DNA of 64,000 bases, taken from the NCBI GenBank assembly GCA_050298595.1, contig JBNKUM010000075.1, positions 29,597-93,596 of the forward strand. Direction: 5' to 3'. Numbering within the stretch: position 1 is the first letter of the stretch; every line of letters begins with the position of its first letter. The notes under the pieces are model-generated. The model did no database searches and was not told the DNA's origin. It was given only the letters and a program-made list of their open reading frames with translations. The DNA is from Gammaproteobacteria bacterium. Its GTDB lineage: Bacteria; Pseudomonadota; Gammaproteobacteria; GCA-001735895. Below, in pieces: positions 43,164 through 54,135 of the stretch. The position numbers were made by a program, and so were the translations under genes.

Positions 43164-43832
43164 TTAAGCAGTTGCCAGAACGGGTTGCTGACGTTCAGCC
43201 AGTCTTTTATCCAGTAATCTTTTACCGGCTAAAAGAAAGCCCAATACCAGAAATCCTCCGGGTGGCAGGATGATTAATAGAAAACCTTTGTATTCAGGTA
43301 TCAGAACCATTTCCAGATGCTGCGCCCAGGATCCTAACAGTAATGACGCATTGGCAAATAAGGTACCGCTGCCGATAATTTCACGTGTTGCACCCAGTAT
43401 CATCAGCGCAAGTGTGAAACCCAGACCCATCATCAGGCCATCCATAATGCTCGGTAATACCTTGTTGCGCGAAGCAAAGGATTCAGCTCGGCCCAGGATT
43501 GCACAGTTGGTTACTATGAGTGGAATAAACAGACCTAGTACCTTATGCAGATCATGCACCCAGGCATTCATCGCCATGTCTACCATGGTGACCAGTACGG
43601 CGATGATTAATACGAAAACCGGGATACGAACCTGTGGCGTGATAATGCCGCGTAGAACTGCTATGCAAAGTCCTGAAGCGGCCAGTACCACGGTGGTGGC
43701 GAGACCCATGCCCAGACCATTACTGGCGGTGCCGGTAACTGCCAGCAATGGACATAACCCAAGTGCCTGCACGAATATAATATTATTGTCCCATAAACCA
43801 TCTTTGGCGATGGTCGAGTATTGATTACTCAT
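43164..43832 (-). CDS. rnfE: Rnf complex subunit E
   Basis: LGLCPLLAVT, FIPLIVTNCAILGRAE, LPPGGF. Confidence 0.95.
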   Translation of the reverse strand: MSNQYSTIAKDGLWDNNIIFVQALGLCPLLAVTGTASNGLGMGLATTVVLAASGLCIAVLRGIITPQVRIPVFVLIIAVLVTMVDMAMNAWVHDLHKVLGLFIPLIVTNCAILGRAESFASRNKVLPSIMDGLMMGLGFTLALMILGATREIIGSGTLFANASLLLGSWAQHLEMVLIPEYKGFLLIILPPGGFLVLGFLLAGKRLLDKRLAERQQPVLATA

Positions 43833-44508
43833 GTGCTTTCTCCGTACTATCCAGGGATGACACGCTTACACTGCTATCTGATTGATCAGGGATTGAGATT
43901 AATCGACTACGATTAGCCTTAAAAAACTCCAGGCTTTCGGTAATGCCTTTAACCACTGCGCGTGGGGTGATGGTGGCACCGGAAAACGCATCGAATCGTC
44001 CACCGTCTTTTTTCACTTTCCATTCGGCTTTTGGAGGGTTGCCTAAAGACAGGCCGTTAAAATCAAAAATCCAGTTACTTTTTTTTTCTTCGATTTTGTC
44101 ACCCAGCCCGGGGGTTTCTGAGTGAGCAATGACACGAACGCCAAGAATCTTTCCATCGGTATCAACGCCGATAATCATCTTGATTTCATCAGCAAAACCC
44201 TGTTCGGAAATCTCCCAGGCCAGGGCACTGACCTGTGAATTTTTAAATCCACGGTAAATCTTTATGCTGTGATTCTTTTGATCGGTGACCTGCAGTATGT
44301 TATCCAGCAGATTGTTATCGTATAAATTATCGGGTATTACCTGACTGAGTGATTGCAGCAGGTCTTCTTTAAGGCGTTCATCAATAGCATCTCTGGTGGC
44401 TATGTTGCCAGACACTAAAAATACCGATGCAAAGGTGGCGAAGCCACCCAGCAGCATGGCCTGGTAACCTATGCGTTTTCTGTATGCGGGTTCCTGTGGT
44501 GTGCTCAT
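43825..44508 (-). CDS. rnfG: Rnf complex subunit G
   Basis: HSETPGLGD, FDAFSGATITPRAV FMN-binding motif. Confidence 0.95.
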   Translation of the reverse strand: MSTPQEPAYRKRIGYQAMLLGGFATFASVFLVSGNIATRDAIDERLKEDLLQSLSQVIPDNLYDNNLLDNILQVTDQKNHSIKIYRGFKNSQVSALAWEISEQGFADEIKMIIGVDTDGKILGVRVIAHSETPGLGDKIEEKKSNWIFDFNGLSLGNPPKAEWKVKKDGGRFDAFSGATITPRAVVKGITESLEFFKANRSRLISIPDQSDSSVSVSSLDSTEKAHE

Positions 44509-45602
44509 GATGCGCTCTCTTTACTGCTTTCGCTGGGTGCATAATTGAGTGGTTCACCTTTTCTATCACGACCATAGATGCGTGGCTTAAGGTAATGATC
44601 GATTAAAGGCGTACAGGCATTCATTAGCATGACTGCAAAAGCTACCCCCTCGGGGTATCCTGCCCAGGTACGGATGACATATACAAACAGTCCGCAGCCG
44701 GCACCAAACAAAAGTTGTCCTCGTACTGAAACCGGAGAGGTGACCAGATCGGTAGCGATAAAGAATGCCCCCAGCATCGCGCCCCCTGACATCAGATGGG
44801 TTAAGCTTCCGGGGTAAAGCTCAGGATTGATCAGGTGAAACATCTCTGATAAAAGAGCCAGAGTAGCTAGCATAGAAACAGGTATGTACCAGGTGATAAT
44901 CTTTTTATACAGCAAAAACAGGCCGCCTAATAAAATAAAGATGGCGGAGGTTTCACCCAGGCTGCCAGAGGATTTTCCGTAGCCCATCTGCAATAATGAT
45001 GCGGTGCCCTGCATAACCTCGCTCAGGCCTTTGCCTGTAGTCAATTCAGTTTTAATATGACCTAAAGGTGTTGCACTACTGATGGCATCGAATTCAGGCG
45101 CGAAGCCAAAGGTAATGGACAGACCCTGAAACCAGTCAGGCGCATTAGCAGAAAAAAGCGGTGCTGGCGCAGTGAATAAAGTCATCTCCAGCGGAAAAGA
45201 AATTAGTAATGCAACGCGAGCCACCATGGCCGGGTTAAACAGGTTTTGTCCCAGACCACCAAATACCTGTTTGCCGATAACAATGGCTAAAAAAGATCCG
45301 ACTACGGCTATCCACCAGGGGGCCCAGGGTGGCAGAGTCATCGCCAGTAACCAGCCGGTAAGAATGGCTGAACCATCCCACATAAAAGGGCGCACAGGTT
45401 TACCGGCTACCCTGAGCGACAGGTATTCCGCCAGTAATGCGCTGGCTACGGTCACAATAAATAGATAGATCGCAGGCCAGCCGAACATATAAAAGCCAAG
45501 CAGCGTGGCGGGTACCAATGCAAGCATCACCATTTGCATGGTTTTGCTGATGCTATTCCCGCCGTGGGTATAAGGCCCGGCGATGAGTGGTTGTTCGGTC
45601 AT
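44505..45602 (-). CDS. rnfD: Rnf complex subunit D
   Basis: KQVFGGLGQNLFNPAM, SSATPL, FFIATDLVTSP. Confidence 0.95.
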   Translation of the reverse strand: MTEQPLIAGPYTHGGNSISKTMQMVMLALVPATLLGFYMFGWPAIYLFIVTVASALLAEYLSLRVAGKPVRPFMWDGSAILTGWLLAMTLPPWAPWWIAVVGSFLAIVIGKQVFGGLGQNLFNPAMVARVALLISFPLEMTLFTAPAPLFSANAPDWFQGLSITFGFAPEFDAISSATPLGHIKTELTTGKGLSEVMQGTASLLQMGYGKSSGSLGETSAIFILLGGLFLLYKKIITWYIPVSMLATLALLSEMFHLINPELYPGSLTHLMSGGAMLGAFFIATDLVTSPVSVRGQLLFGAGCGLFVYVIRTWAGYPEGVAFAVMLMNACTPLIDHYLKPRIYGRDRKGEPLNYAPSESSKESAS

Positions 45603-47152
45603 ACTGCTTCCTGTTGAGTGATTTCTGCTTTTTCAGAGGATGCTTCTGTAGCTGCCTGTGCAAGTGCTGCAGCCTCCTCGGCTTCCTTTTTCTTTTTGGC
45701 TTCCATTTCCAGCTTACGTTTTTGCATCGCTTCGCGTTTTGCCTGCTGGATTTTTTCCATACGCTCGGCACGCGCTTCGGTAAGGCGTTTGGTTTCACCC
45801 TGTTTGTGCTGTAGACGCTGACGCTGAGCGAGTTCACCTTTAGCGTAATTAAAATATTGCACCAATGGGATATGTGCAGGGCAGACATAAGCACAGGAAC
45901 CGCAGGCGATACAGTCGAGCAGGCCGAGGTTGACCGAGGTATCCAGACTACCGGATCGAATATTAGCGGCCATTTCAAGTGGCACGAGACCGCAGGGGCA
46001 GGCCTGCACACAGCTGGCACAGCGTATACAGGGCATTTCATCAGCGTCCTGAATTTCGGATGCAGTTAAAGCCAGCAGGCCATTGCTGCCTTTTACGGCA
46101 GGTACGCGCGTGCTGGGTAGTGGTTGTCCCATCATTGGACCACCGCTGATTATTTTAGCGGGATCCTGTTTAAATCCACCGCAAAATTCGACCAGATTAT
46201 CCAGTGGCGTACCAATCAGTACTCGCACATTTTTGGGTTCATTAATGGCTGAGCCAGAAACTGTCATCACGCGTGAAATCAATGGGCGGCCATGTTTGAG
46301 TGCATCAAATACTGCCAGAGCGGTTGCGACGTTATGTACCACGATACCGATATCAGCGGTTAGACCGCGTGCTGGGGTTTCCTTGCCCGTGAGGGTCTGT
46401 ACCAGATGTTTTTCCGAGCCCATGGGGTATCGTGTAGGCAGGCCAACCACCTGTACCTGTGGATAGTCAGCGGCTGCCTGCTGCATAGCGGCAATCGCAT
46501 CGGGCTTATTGTTTTCAATCGCAAACAGAATGTTCTCCACTTCCAGAGCTCTCGCCATCAGCAATACACCCTGCAGTACTTCCTCGCTATGCTCCTGCAT
46601 CAGGCGGTCATCGCAGGTTAGATAGGGCTCGCATTCTGCACCGTTGATCACCAGCGTATTCAGGCTGTAGCGGTTACGTAAATTTAATTTCACCGATGAA
46701 GGAAAGGTCGCACCGCCCATACCGACTATGCCAGCATTGGCAACGCGTTGTGAGATTTCATCGGCTGACAGCAGGAAAGGATCAGCTTGTGGATCAATGT
46801 CATCTATCCATTCATCCAGCCCATCGGGTTGCAGGGTAATGGTGCGTACCGATAAACCAGAGGCATGGTGAGCCGGGTAGCTACCTACACCCATAATACG
46901 TCCCGAGGTAGGGGCGTGTACCGGGGCGGAAATCACACCCTGACTGCGCGCAAGTAATTGGCCCTTCTGAACCGTTTCGCCACGCATGACCAGAGAAGCT
47001 GCAGGAGCGCCTATATGCTGTTGCAGGGGAATATGCAGCAGTGCAGGCATGGGCAGGTTTTCGATGGTCCTGTCTGCACTCAATGTCTTACGGTCATCAG
47101 GATGTACCCCACCGCGAATTTTAAATAATTTAAATGCTTTTGCGACGGACAT
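45599..47152 (-). CDS. rnfC: Rnf complex subunit C
   Basis: RGGVHP, QHIGAP, NGAECEPYLTCD, two 4Fe-4S motifs. Confidence 0.95.
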   Translation of the reverse strand: MSVAKAFKLFKIRGGVHPDDRKTLSADRTIENLPMPALLHIPLQQHIGAPAASLVMRGETVQKGQLLARSQGVISAPVHAPTSGRIMGVGSYPAHHASGLSVRTITLQPDGLDEWIDDIDPQADPFLLSADEISQRVANAGIVGMGGATFPSSVKLNLRNRYSLNTLVINGAECEPYLTCDDRLMQEHSEEVLQGVLLMARALEVENILFAIENNKPDAIAAMQQAAADYPQVQVVGLPTRYPMGSEKHLVQTLTGKETPARGLTADIGIVVHNVATALAVFDALKHGRPLISRVMTVSGSAINEPKNVRVLIGTPLDNLVEFCGGFKQDPAKIISGGPMMGQPLPSTRVPAVKGSNGLLALTASEIQDADEMPCIRCASCVQACPCGLVPLEMAANIRSGSLDTSVNLGLLDCIACGSCAYVCPAHIPLVQYFNYAKGELAQRQRLQHKQGETKRLTEARAERMEKIQQAKREAMQKRKLEMEAKKKKEAEEAAALAQAATEASSEKAEITQQEAV

Positions 47153-47153
47153 A

Positions 47154-47684
47154 TCAGGCAACCTTCGCCGGTTCAGGCCAGTACCAGGTCTGTAGTGTGT
47201 GTTCAACCTTGCGCATTTCGATACATTCAGTGGGGCAGACATCAAAGCATTTTTCGCAACCGGTGCAGGCATCCATAAAAACCGCATGGATCATTTTCGG
47301 GCCACCCAGAATGGCATCGGTCGGACAGCGCTTGAAGCACTTGGTGCAACCGACGCAAAGATTTTCATGGATGAAGGCAACGCGTGGTTCCTGCTCTTCA
47401 ACACCTGACAGGTCAACACTAACGCCCATTTTTTCTGCCAGTGCTTCTACCAGTGCCTTACCGCCTGGAGGGCATAAAGTCACCGGTGCCTCGCTATTAG
47501 CAATGGCTGCTGCAGCTGGTGAGCACCCGGGGTAGCCGCATTGACCGCATTGAGATCCCGGTAACAGCTCTTCAATTTCAGCCTCCAGCGGGTTGCCTTC
47601 AACGGCAAAAAACTTTGCCGCATAGCCGAGCAAGGTACCCATACTCAAACCTAATAGAGCAATGATGATAATGGCTGCAGACAT
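47154..47684 (-). CDS. rnfB: Rnf complex subunit B
   Basis: LPGSQCGQCGYPGC, CVGCTKC..CP, CTGCEKC..CP. Confidence 0.95.
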   Translation of the reverse strand: MSAAIIIIALLGLSMGTLLGYAAKFFAVEGNPLEAEIEELLPGSQCGQCGYPGCSPAAAAIANSEAPVTLCPPGGKALVEALAEKMGVSVDLSGVEEQEPRVAFIHENLCVGCTKCFKRCPTDAILGGPKMIHAVFMDACTGCEKCFDVCPTECIEMRKVEHTLQTWYWPEPAKVA

Positions 47685-47697
47685 AATGTTTCTCTCC

Positions 47698-48273
47698 CTA
47701 ACTTGTTAATCCGGCAAAACCCATGAATGCCAGTGACAGCAAACCGGCCACCACATAAGCGATGGGGGCGCCACGAAAAGCGGCAGGAACGTTTGAGATA
47801 GCAAGACGCTCACGTAACCCGGCAAAGATGACCAGTACCAGGGTGAAGCCCAGTGCAGAGCCGAAACCGTAGATCAGGCTTTCCAGTAGATTGTTTTCTT
47901 TTTGAACATTGAGCAGGGCGACACCCAGCACCGCGCAGTTGGTGGTGATCAGGGGCAGGAAGATACCCAGTACCTGATATAAGGCAGGTGAGGTTTTACG
48001 CACCGCCATTTCGGTGAATTGAACCACCACCGCGATCACCAGAATAAACGTCAGAATACGCAGATAACCGATATCCAGTGGTTGCAGAATAAAGTGTTCC
48101 AGTAACCAGCTGGCAAATGCAGCAAGGGTCAATACAAAGGTAGTCGCCAGCCCCATACCCAATGCTGAATCCAGTTTGTTCGAAACACCCATCAATGGGC
48201 ATAAGCCTAAAAACTTAACCAGTACGACATTATTAACCAGTGCCGTTGAAAGAATGATCAGAATGTATTCCAT
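47698..48273 (-). CDS. rnfA: Rnf complex subunit A
   Basis: [31 protein letters not shown]. Confidence 0.95.
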   Translation of the reverse strand: MEYILIILSTALVNNVVLVKFLGLCPLMGVSNKLDSALGMGLATTFVLTLAAFASWLLEHFILQPLDIGYLRILTFILVIAVVVQFTEMAVRKTSPALYQVLGIFLPLITTNCAVLGVALLNVQKENNLLESLIYGFGSALGFTLVLVIFAGLRERLAISNVPAAFRGAPIAYVVAGLLSLAFMGFAGLTS

Positions 48274-48308
48274 GAACTCAAACAATATTTCTAGATAACA
48301 AGCGATAG

Positions 48309-48324
48309 TCAAAAAATATGCCAA
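48309..48324 (-). promoter_or_regulatory. Putative sigma54 promoter of rnf operon (non-canonical -12)
   Basis: Minus strand tTGGCAtattttTTGA, with GA in place of GC at -12. Confidence 0.5.
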
Positions 48325-48476
48325 CTAGACATCTGTTGTGTAGTGTTACCAGCAGCTATGGATAAAACCGGGGTAACAAGCCTGAGCTGGCGCGGTTTCG
48401 CCGCAACATAAAACGGCAGAAAATTTAAACAATATGATTGCTGACAAATAAAGGCTGTGCGCTTTAATGGTGCTTT

Positions 48477-48525
48477 TGTAATGATCACTACAAACCCCCA
48501 GTCGAAGAATGTAGTATTTGTTACA
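48477..48525. promoter_or_regulatory. Two NifA upstream activator sequences
   Basis: TGT-N10-ACA at 48477-48492 and 48510-48525. Confidence 0.8.
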
Positions 48526-48585
48526 TATTCGACAGGGGCGTTGGGCATAAGTAAACCAGCACCTCAAACTTGGGCGTAAAATTCT

Positions 48586-48602
48586 TTGGTATGAATTTTG
48601 CT
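48586..48602 (+). promoter_or_regulatory. sigma54 promoter of nifLA
   Basis: tTGGtatgaattTTGCt (GG-N10-GC). Confidence 0.75.
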
Positions 48603-48639
48603 GTTTCGATTACTCAGGTATTAAATTCAGGCTTACATT

Positions 48640-50265
48640 ATGGCTCAACCAAAAGAGACTAGTGCCCCAGATAAGGTGATTGATGCGATCAGTCGATTTC
48701 TTGATGCGCCACCCGAAGGCACGCCGACTGAAGTTATAGAGGCTTTCACGGATCTGGGGTCGAAGGAATTTTTACCGCCCAGGGTATTTTTCGAAACCGT
48801 TATGCAATCACCGATTGCGATCTCAATCACCGATCCGCATGCCTGTATTCTGTTTGTGAACCAGGCATTTGAGCGCCTGACCGGCTACCAGAGTCATGAA
48901 GTGATTGGTAAAAATGAGTCGGTGCTTTCGAGTAAATCTACCCCCATAGAAATCTATCAGGATCTGTGGAGTAGCATAAAGGCTCTCAAGGTGTGGAAGG
49001 GTATGTTGGTGAATCATGGCAAGCATAAGAATGAATACCTTGCTGAGCTCACCATCTCTCCGGTACTGAATCATCAGGGCGAAATTGCCTATTATCTGGG
49101 CATGCATCGAGATATTACTCAGATGCACCAGCTCAAGCAGCGTCTGGAGTTCCAGAAAAATCTGACCGAGGCAGCGCTGGATGCCGCGCCCATGGTCGTT
49201 GCCATGTTGTCATCGGATGGAAGTCTGGTGATGGATAACCTGGCCTACAAGGCGCTGATGGGTGATTTTAAAGGCCTTGAACCGGCCAGGCTGTTTCTGG
49301 ATGTGCTGGAAACACAGCTGGGCGAGTGCCTGGATAAGGTGTCTGAAACAGGGGAAGGTTTTACCAATGTCGATGTCAGACTAGATCCACCGGGTAGTGC
49401 AACACCGCGCTGGTTTTCCTGCTCAGGTGTGCATATTGATGAGCTGGATGAGGCGGCACACAATTACTTCACCGGACCTGACCACTCCAAAGGGTATCTG
49501 TTGTTAATAGCGAATGAAGTGACTGGCAGTCGGCAGCGTATCAATGAAGCCAGAATGAATATGATTCGGGCTAATATGACCGAGCACCAGCTTACTCAAA
49601 CCATGCGCGAAGCGATTTCTGCGGCAATTTATAAATTGCAGGTACCGTTGAATGTGATTAAGGCGGCGCTTGCGATTCCTGGTGATAAAAGAAGCGAAGG
49701 CAGCCTGCAAAATATTTTAAAGCAGGCGCTGGAAAGTGGTGAAGATGCGATGGATAGCCTGCATTCCGCCTTGCCCGACCCCTCTAACGAACAGCTTTCT
49801 CAGGTTAACATCAATGAGATCCTGCATGAGGTGTTGAAGCTGTCTACCGATGTTATGCTGGCCTCGGGTGTTATTGTCGACTGGCGACCCACTACGGTAT
49901 TGCCTCCAGTGGATGGTAGAGCGAATGCATTGCGAGGACTGTTTAAATACCTGATCGATAATGCCATACAGGCAGTGAATCAAACCCATCAGGATCATCG
50001 TGAGATCAGGGTGCAAACCCATCAAGATGGTAATGAGCTGGTGATAGAGGTTATGGATAATGGACCGGGTGTTTCTGAAGCACATCGACTTAAGGTATTT
50101 GAGCCTTTTTACTGTGGCTGGGAGTCATCCAGAAATCACTCAGGTATGGGCCTGACCATGGCTCAGGAAGTAGTGATTGGACACAATGGTAGTATTGAAA
50201 TTGATGCAGATTTTTATGGTGGGTGTCGAGTATTTGTCCGCCTGCCCGTTAATTTCAATGTTTGA
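48640..50265 (+). CDS. nifL: Nitrogen fixation negative regulator
   Basis: PAS domain (AISITD..NESVLS), GHKL domain, directly upstream of nifA. Confidence 0.93.
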   Translation: MAQPKETSAPDKVIDAISRFLDAPPEGTPTEVIEAFTDLGSKEFLPPRVFFETVMQSPIAISITDPHACILFVNQAFERLTGYQSHEVIGKNESVLSSKSTPIEIYQDLWSSIKALKVWKGMLVNHGKHKNEYLAELTISPVLNHQGEIAYYLGMHRDITQMHQLKQRLEFQKNLTEAALDAAPMVVAMLSSDGSLVMDNLAYKALMGDFKGLEPARLFLDVLETQLGECLDKVSETGEGFTNVDVRLDPPGSATPRWFSCSGVHIDELDEAAHNYFTGPDHSKGYLLLIANEVTGSRQRINEARMNMIRANMTEHQLTQTMREAISAAIYKLQVPLNVIKAALAIPGDKRSEGSLQNILKQALESGEDAMDSLHSALPDPSNEQLSQVNINEILHEVLKLSTDVMLASGVIVDWRPTTVLPPVDGRANALRGLFKYLIDNAIQAVNQTHQDHREIRVQTHQDGNELVIEVMDNGPGVSEAHRLKVFEPFYCGWESSRNHSGMGLTMAQEVVIGHNGSIEIDADFYGGCRVFVRLPVNFNV

Positions 50266-50272
50266 GAATTAG

Positions 50273-51853
50273 ATGAATATTGACCACGATAGAATAGATA
50301 CGGATATGAATAATCAGCAACGTCAGGTGATGCAATCGGGGTTGGAGAGTCTGTATCAGGTGAGCAAGGTACTGAGCCGATCACTTGATTTTCGCGAGAC
50401 ACTCACCGAAGTGCTGAATGCACTCAATGACACGGGCAATCTAAGTCATGGCATGATCAGTCTGATCGATGATGAAAGTGGCGACCTGATGATGATTGCG
50501 CTGCATGGCAATCCAAAGCCCGCCAATGCCGTGAGGTATAAGCTGGGTGAAGGCATCGTTGGCTCTATTCTACAAACTGGAGAATCTGTGGTACTCAAGC
50601 GAGTGTCTGACGAAGATCGTTTTCTTGATCGTCTGAATGTATATGACCAATCCCTGCCCTTCATCGGTGCCCCTATCCTGATAGGTGATGATCAGGCAAT
50701 CGGTGTATTGACTGCACAACCGGTATCTGCGTTGGGTGAGCTGGGCGAATACTTACGCTTTATGGAAATGGTCGCCAATCTGATCGGGCAAAGTGTAAGA
50801 CTGGCGAAGAAGGTTGAAGATGAGCAGCTGGCGCTCAAGGTAGAGCGTGATGCCCTGCGACGAAAGGTGCGCGGTGAGCATGGTTTCTCCAATATGGTGG
50901 GTCGTTCTCACGGTATGCAACTGGTGTTCGGTCAGGTACGTCAGGTTGCCAAATGGAATACCACTGTTTTGATTCGTGGTGAATCAGGTACCGGTAAGGA
51001 ATTGATCGCCAACGCAATCCACTATAACTCACAGCGTGCCAATGGCGCCTTCATCAAGCTTAACTGCGCCGCGCTGCCGGACAACCTGCTTGAATCCGAG
51101 TTATTCGGCCACGAAAAAGGCGCTTTTACCGGCGCAGTCAATCAACGAAAGGGACGCTTTGAACAGGCAAATGGCGGTACGATTTTTCTCGATGAAATCG
51201 GTGAAATTAGTCCCGCTTTCCAGGCCAAGCTGTTGCGTGTATTACAGGAAGGTGAGTTCGAGCGCGTCGGTGGCAGTAAAACCATCAAGGTGGATGTACG
51301 GGTAGTAGCAGCCACCAACAAGAATCTTGAGGCCGAGGTGCAGGAAGGCGAGTTTCGTGAAGATCTTTATTACCGGCTCAATGTTATGCCGATTTTCATG
51401 CCAGCGCTTCGTGAAAGATCCGAAGACATTCCTGATCTGGCGCGTTTTCTGGTGACCAAAATAGGCAAGATGCAGGGTCGTGAGTTAACCCTTAAGGACA
51501 ATGCGATAGGCCGTCTGATGCAATACGACTGGCCGGGTAATGTGCGCGAGCTGGAAAACTGTCTGGAGCGCGCTGCGGTCATGAGTGAAGAAGGTGTTAT
51601 CAATAATATGGCGATCAACCTGTCTGGCTTGCAGAACAATCAATCTTCTGTACCAGTGCAGCAGCAGGATTTCAGTAGCGGTAATAATGACATTGATATC
51701 GATGACCCCGATATGGATGAACGCGAACGCGTCATTGCAGCGCTGGAAAAGGTAGGCTGGGTTCAGGCGAAAGCTGCTCGCCTGCTCGGTATGACACCGC
51801 GTCAGATCGGTTATCGGATTCAAACCCTGAATATTAAGGTGCAGCAGTACTAA
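50273..51853 (+). CDS. nifA: Nif-specific sigma54 transcriptional activator
   Basis: GAF, GESGTGKE, GAFTGA, GWVQAKAARLLGMTPRQIGYR. Confidence 0.96.
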   Translation: MNIDHDRIDTDMNNQQRQVMQSGLESLYQVSKVLSRSLDFRETLTEVLNALNDTGNLSHGMISLIDDESGDLMMIALHGNPKPANAVRYKLGEGIVGSILQTGESVVLKRVSDEDRFLDRLNVYDQSLPFIGAPILIGDDQAIGVLTAQPVSALGELGEYLRFMEMVANLIGQSVRLAKKVEDEQLALKVERDALRRKVRGEHGFSNMVGRSHGMQLVFGQVRQVAKWNTTVLIRGESGTGKELIANAIHYNSQRANGAFIKLNCAALPDNLLESELFGHEKGAFTGAVNQRKGRFEQANGGTIFLDEIGEISPAFQAKLLRVLQEGEFERVGGSKTIKVDVRVVAATNKNLEAEVQEGEFREDLYYRLNVMPIFMPALRERSEDIPDLARFLVTKIGKMQGRELTLKDNAIGRLMQYDWPGNVRELENCLERAAVMSEEGVINNMAINLSGLQNNQSSVPVQQQDFSSGNNDIDIDDPDMDERERVIAALEKVGWVQAKAARLLGMTPRQIGYRIQTLNIKVQQY

Positions 51854-51891
51854 TAGTACTGCTTGCGCGCTTCTAATGTCCTCTCACCTGC

Positions 51892-51940
51892 TGTAGTACA
51901 CCCCACATCAACACAAAATTGTCGTGTAATAAAGCCTACA
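51892..51940. promoter_or_regulatory. Two NifA UASs upstream of nifB
   Basis: TGT-N10-ACA at 51892-51907 and 51925-51940. Confidence 0.8.
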
Positions 51941-52002
51941 TAAAGACTTTATGAGATGATTTAATTCGTTAAAATTCAATGCCTTAATTCATTTTTCCAA
52001 AA

Positions 52003-52019
52003 CAGGCATGCTGTTTGCA
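52003..52019 (+). promoter_or_regulatory. sigma54 promoter of nifB operon
   Basis: caGGcatgctgtTTGCA (GG-N10-GC). Confidence 0.8.
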
Positions 52020-52089
52020 TTGGATAATATAACAAGCAATACCAACGTATTAATCAATAGCTGTAGCAGCATGTGGTCGAGGAGAATCG

Positions 52090-53595
52090 ATGATGGAATT
52101 AACCGTATTAGGTCAGTCTGAAGAAGCAAGTGCAGGTGGTTGTAGTTCATCCGGTTGTGGCGGCAGTAATGATCAACTTTCGCACCTGCCAGAAAACATC
52201 CGTGAAAAGGTGCATAACCATCCCTGTTATTCCGAAGAAGCGCATCATCACTTTGCGCGTATGCATGTCGCCGTAGCACCGGCCTGTAATATTCAATGTC
52301 ATTATTGCAACCGAAAATACGATTGCGCCAATGAATCCCGCCCTGGTGTAGTGTCTGAGCTGCTAACCCCTGATCAGGCAGTAAAAAAAGTGATGGCCGT
52401 AGCGGCTAATATCCCTCAGATGACTGTTCTAGGTATCGCGGGCCCTGGTGATCCATTAGCCAACCCGGAACGTACCTTTGAAACCTTTCGTCAATTGACC
52501 GCTAAAGCACCCGATATCAAACTCTGTGTTTCTACCAATGGTCTGTCATTGCCGGATCAGGTGGATGAATTATGCAAGCACAATATTGACCATGTCACCA
52601 TTACTATCAACTGTGTAGACCCTGGAGTAGGTGCCAAGATTTACCCATGGATATTCTGGAATAACCGTCGTATCAAAGGTGTCAAAGCGGCAAAAATCCT
52701 GATCGAGCAGCAACAAAAGGGATTAGAGATGCTGACTAAGCGTGGCATTCTGGTAAAGGTTAATTCCGTAATGATTCCTGGTGTAAATGATAAGCATCTG
52801 GAAGAAGTGAGTAAGGTAGTTAAAGCTAAAGGCGCATTCTTACATAACGTAATGCCGCTAATCGCCGAAGCTGAGCATGGAACCTTTTACGGCGTGATGG
52901 GCCAGCGTGGTCCAACGCATAATGAATTACAGGTACTACAGGATAGCTGTGCAGGCGATATGAACATGATGCGCCATTGCCGTCAATGCCGTGCAGATGC
53001 CGTGGGTATGCTGGGTGAAGATCGTGGAGATGAATTCACCATGGACAAGGTTGAAACCATGCATATCGATTATGAAGAAGCCATGGTTAAGCGTGCAGAG
53101 TATCAGGCGGATGTCGAAGCTAAACTAAAACAACAACAGGACGCCAAAAAAGGATTTGTCTCTCTTGAATCTCTAGGCGTTAAGAAAAAAGAATCTCGCC
53201 CCGTATTGATGGCAGTGGCTACCAGCGGTGGTGGTGTTATCAATCAACATTTTGGTCATGCCAGAGAATTCCTGGTGTACGAAGCCTCAATGACTGATGT
53301 GCGCTTTATTGGTCATCGCAAGGTTGATCTGTATTGCTCAGGTGATGATACCTGCGGTGATGCCGAAACTACTCTGGATAACATCATCAAAACGCTTGAA
53401 GGCTGTGAAGCCGTATTGTGTTCCAAAATTGGCTACGAGCCCTGGGATATGCTGGAGCAGGCCGGTATACAGCCGAATGGTGAGCATGCTATGGAACCGA
53501 TAGAAGAAGCCGTAGCCGCCGTGTATGCAGAAATGGTTGAGAAGGGTATACCCGATAAAAAAGCAGCAGAAGAATTGTTACTGGCTAAGGCCTGA
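52090..53595 (+). CDS. nifB: FeMo-cofactor biosynthesis radical SAM protein
   Basis: [41 protein letters not shown], NifX-like C-domain. Confidence 0.97.
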   Translation: MMELTVLGQSEEASAGGCSSSGCGGSNDQLSHLPENIREKVHNHPCYSEEAHHHFARMHVAVAPACNIQCHYCNRKYDCANESRPGVVSELLTPDQAVKKVMAVAANIPQMTVLGIAGPGDPLANPERTFETFRQLTAKAPDIKLCVSTNGLSLPDQVDELCKHNIDHVTITINCVDPGVGAKIYPWIFWNNRRIKGVKAAKILIEQQQKGLEMLTKRGILVKVNSVMIPGVNDKHLEEVSKVVKAKGAFLHNVMPLIAEAEHGTFYGVMGQRGPTHNELQVLQDSCAGDMNMMRHCRQCRADAVGMLGEDRGDEFTMDKVETMHIDYEEAMVKRAEYQADVEAKLKQQQDAKKGFVSLESLGVKKKESRPVLMAVATSGGGVINQHFGHAREFLVYEASMTDVRFIGHRKVDLYCSGDDTCGDAETTLDNIIKTLEGCEAVLCSKIGYEPWDMLEQAGIQPNGEHAMEPIEEAVAAVYAEMVEKGIPDKKAAEELLLAKA

Positions 53596-53605
53596 GGAGA
53601 ACATC

Positions 53606-53884
53606 ATGGCATATGAAATCATAAGCAGTTGTGTGAATTGTTGGGCCTGCGAACCCTTGTGCCCCAGCAAGGCGATTTATGAGTCTCGTCCGCACTTTAA
53701 GATAGATGCAAAAAAATGCACCGAATGTGATGGCGATTTTATGGATGCTCAGTGCGTCAGCATCTGTCCTATAGAGGGAGCAATATTAAATTCCTTCGGT
53801 GAGCAGGCAAACCCACCGGGTTCTTTGACTGGCATACCGCCAGAAAAAATGGCTGCAGCAATGGCAGAAATGCAGGCCAGATAG
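53606..53884 (+). CDS. fdxN: 2[4Fe-4S] ferredoxin
   Basis: CVNCWACEPLCP, CTECDG..QCVSICP; follows nifB. Confidence 0.88.
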   Translation: MAYEIISSCVNCWACEPLCPSKAIYESRPHFKIDAKKCTECDGDFMDAQCVSICPIEGAILNSFGEQANPPGSLTGIPPEKMAAAMAEMQAR

Positions 53885-53895
53885 AGGTAAGCAAA

Positions 53896-54135
53896 ATGAT
53901 CGTACTTAATCAGGATTATATCGGGATCACTTTGGCCCCTAAGTTATTATCAGTTTTCAGGAGCCTTTATAAAGGTATGTTAGCTATACATCACTGGTTT
54001 TTTCAGGATATTACCTGCGATAAGCCAAAAGGGATGCCCTACAGTAATCGTGAATGGAATCGACACTCGGCATTTATCATGAGTCAGTACGAGCTTGGTC
54101 ATGGTAATTCTGTTAGCGGCAGAGTGAATGACTGA
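53896..54135 (+). CDS. Small hypothetical protein in nifB operon
   Basis: RBS gagg, 79 aa, overlaps nifO start. Confidence 0.5.
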   Translation: MIVLNQDYIGITLAPKLLSVFRSLYKGMLAIHHWFFQDITCDKPKGMPYSNREWNRHSAFIMSQYELGHGNSVSGRVND

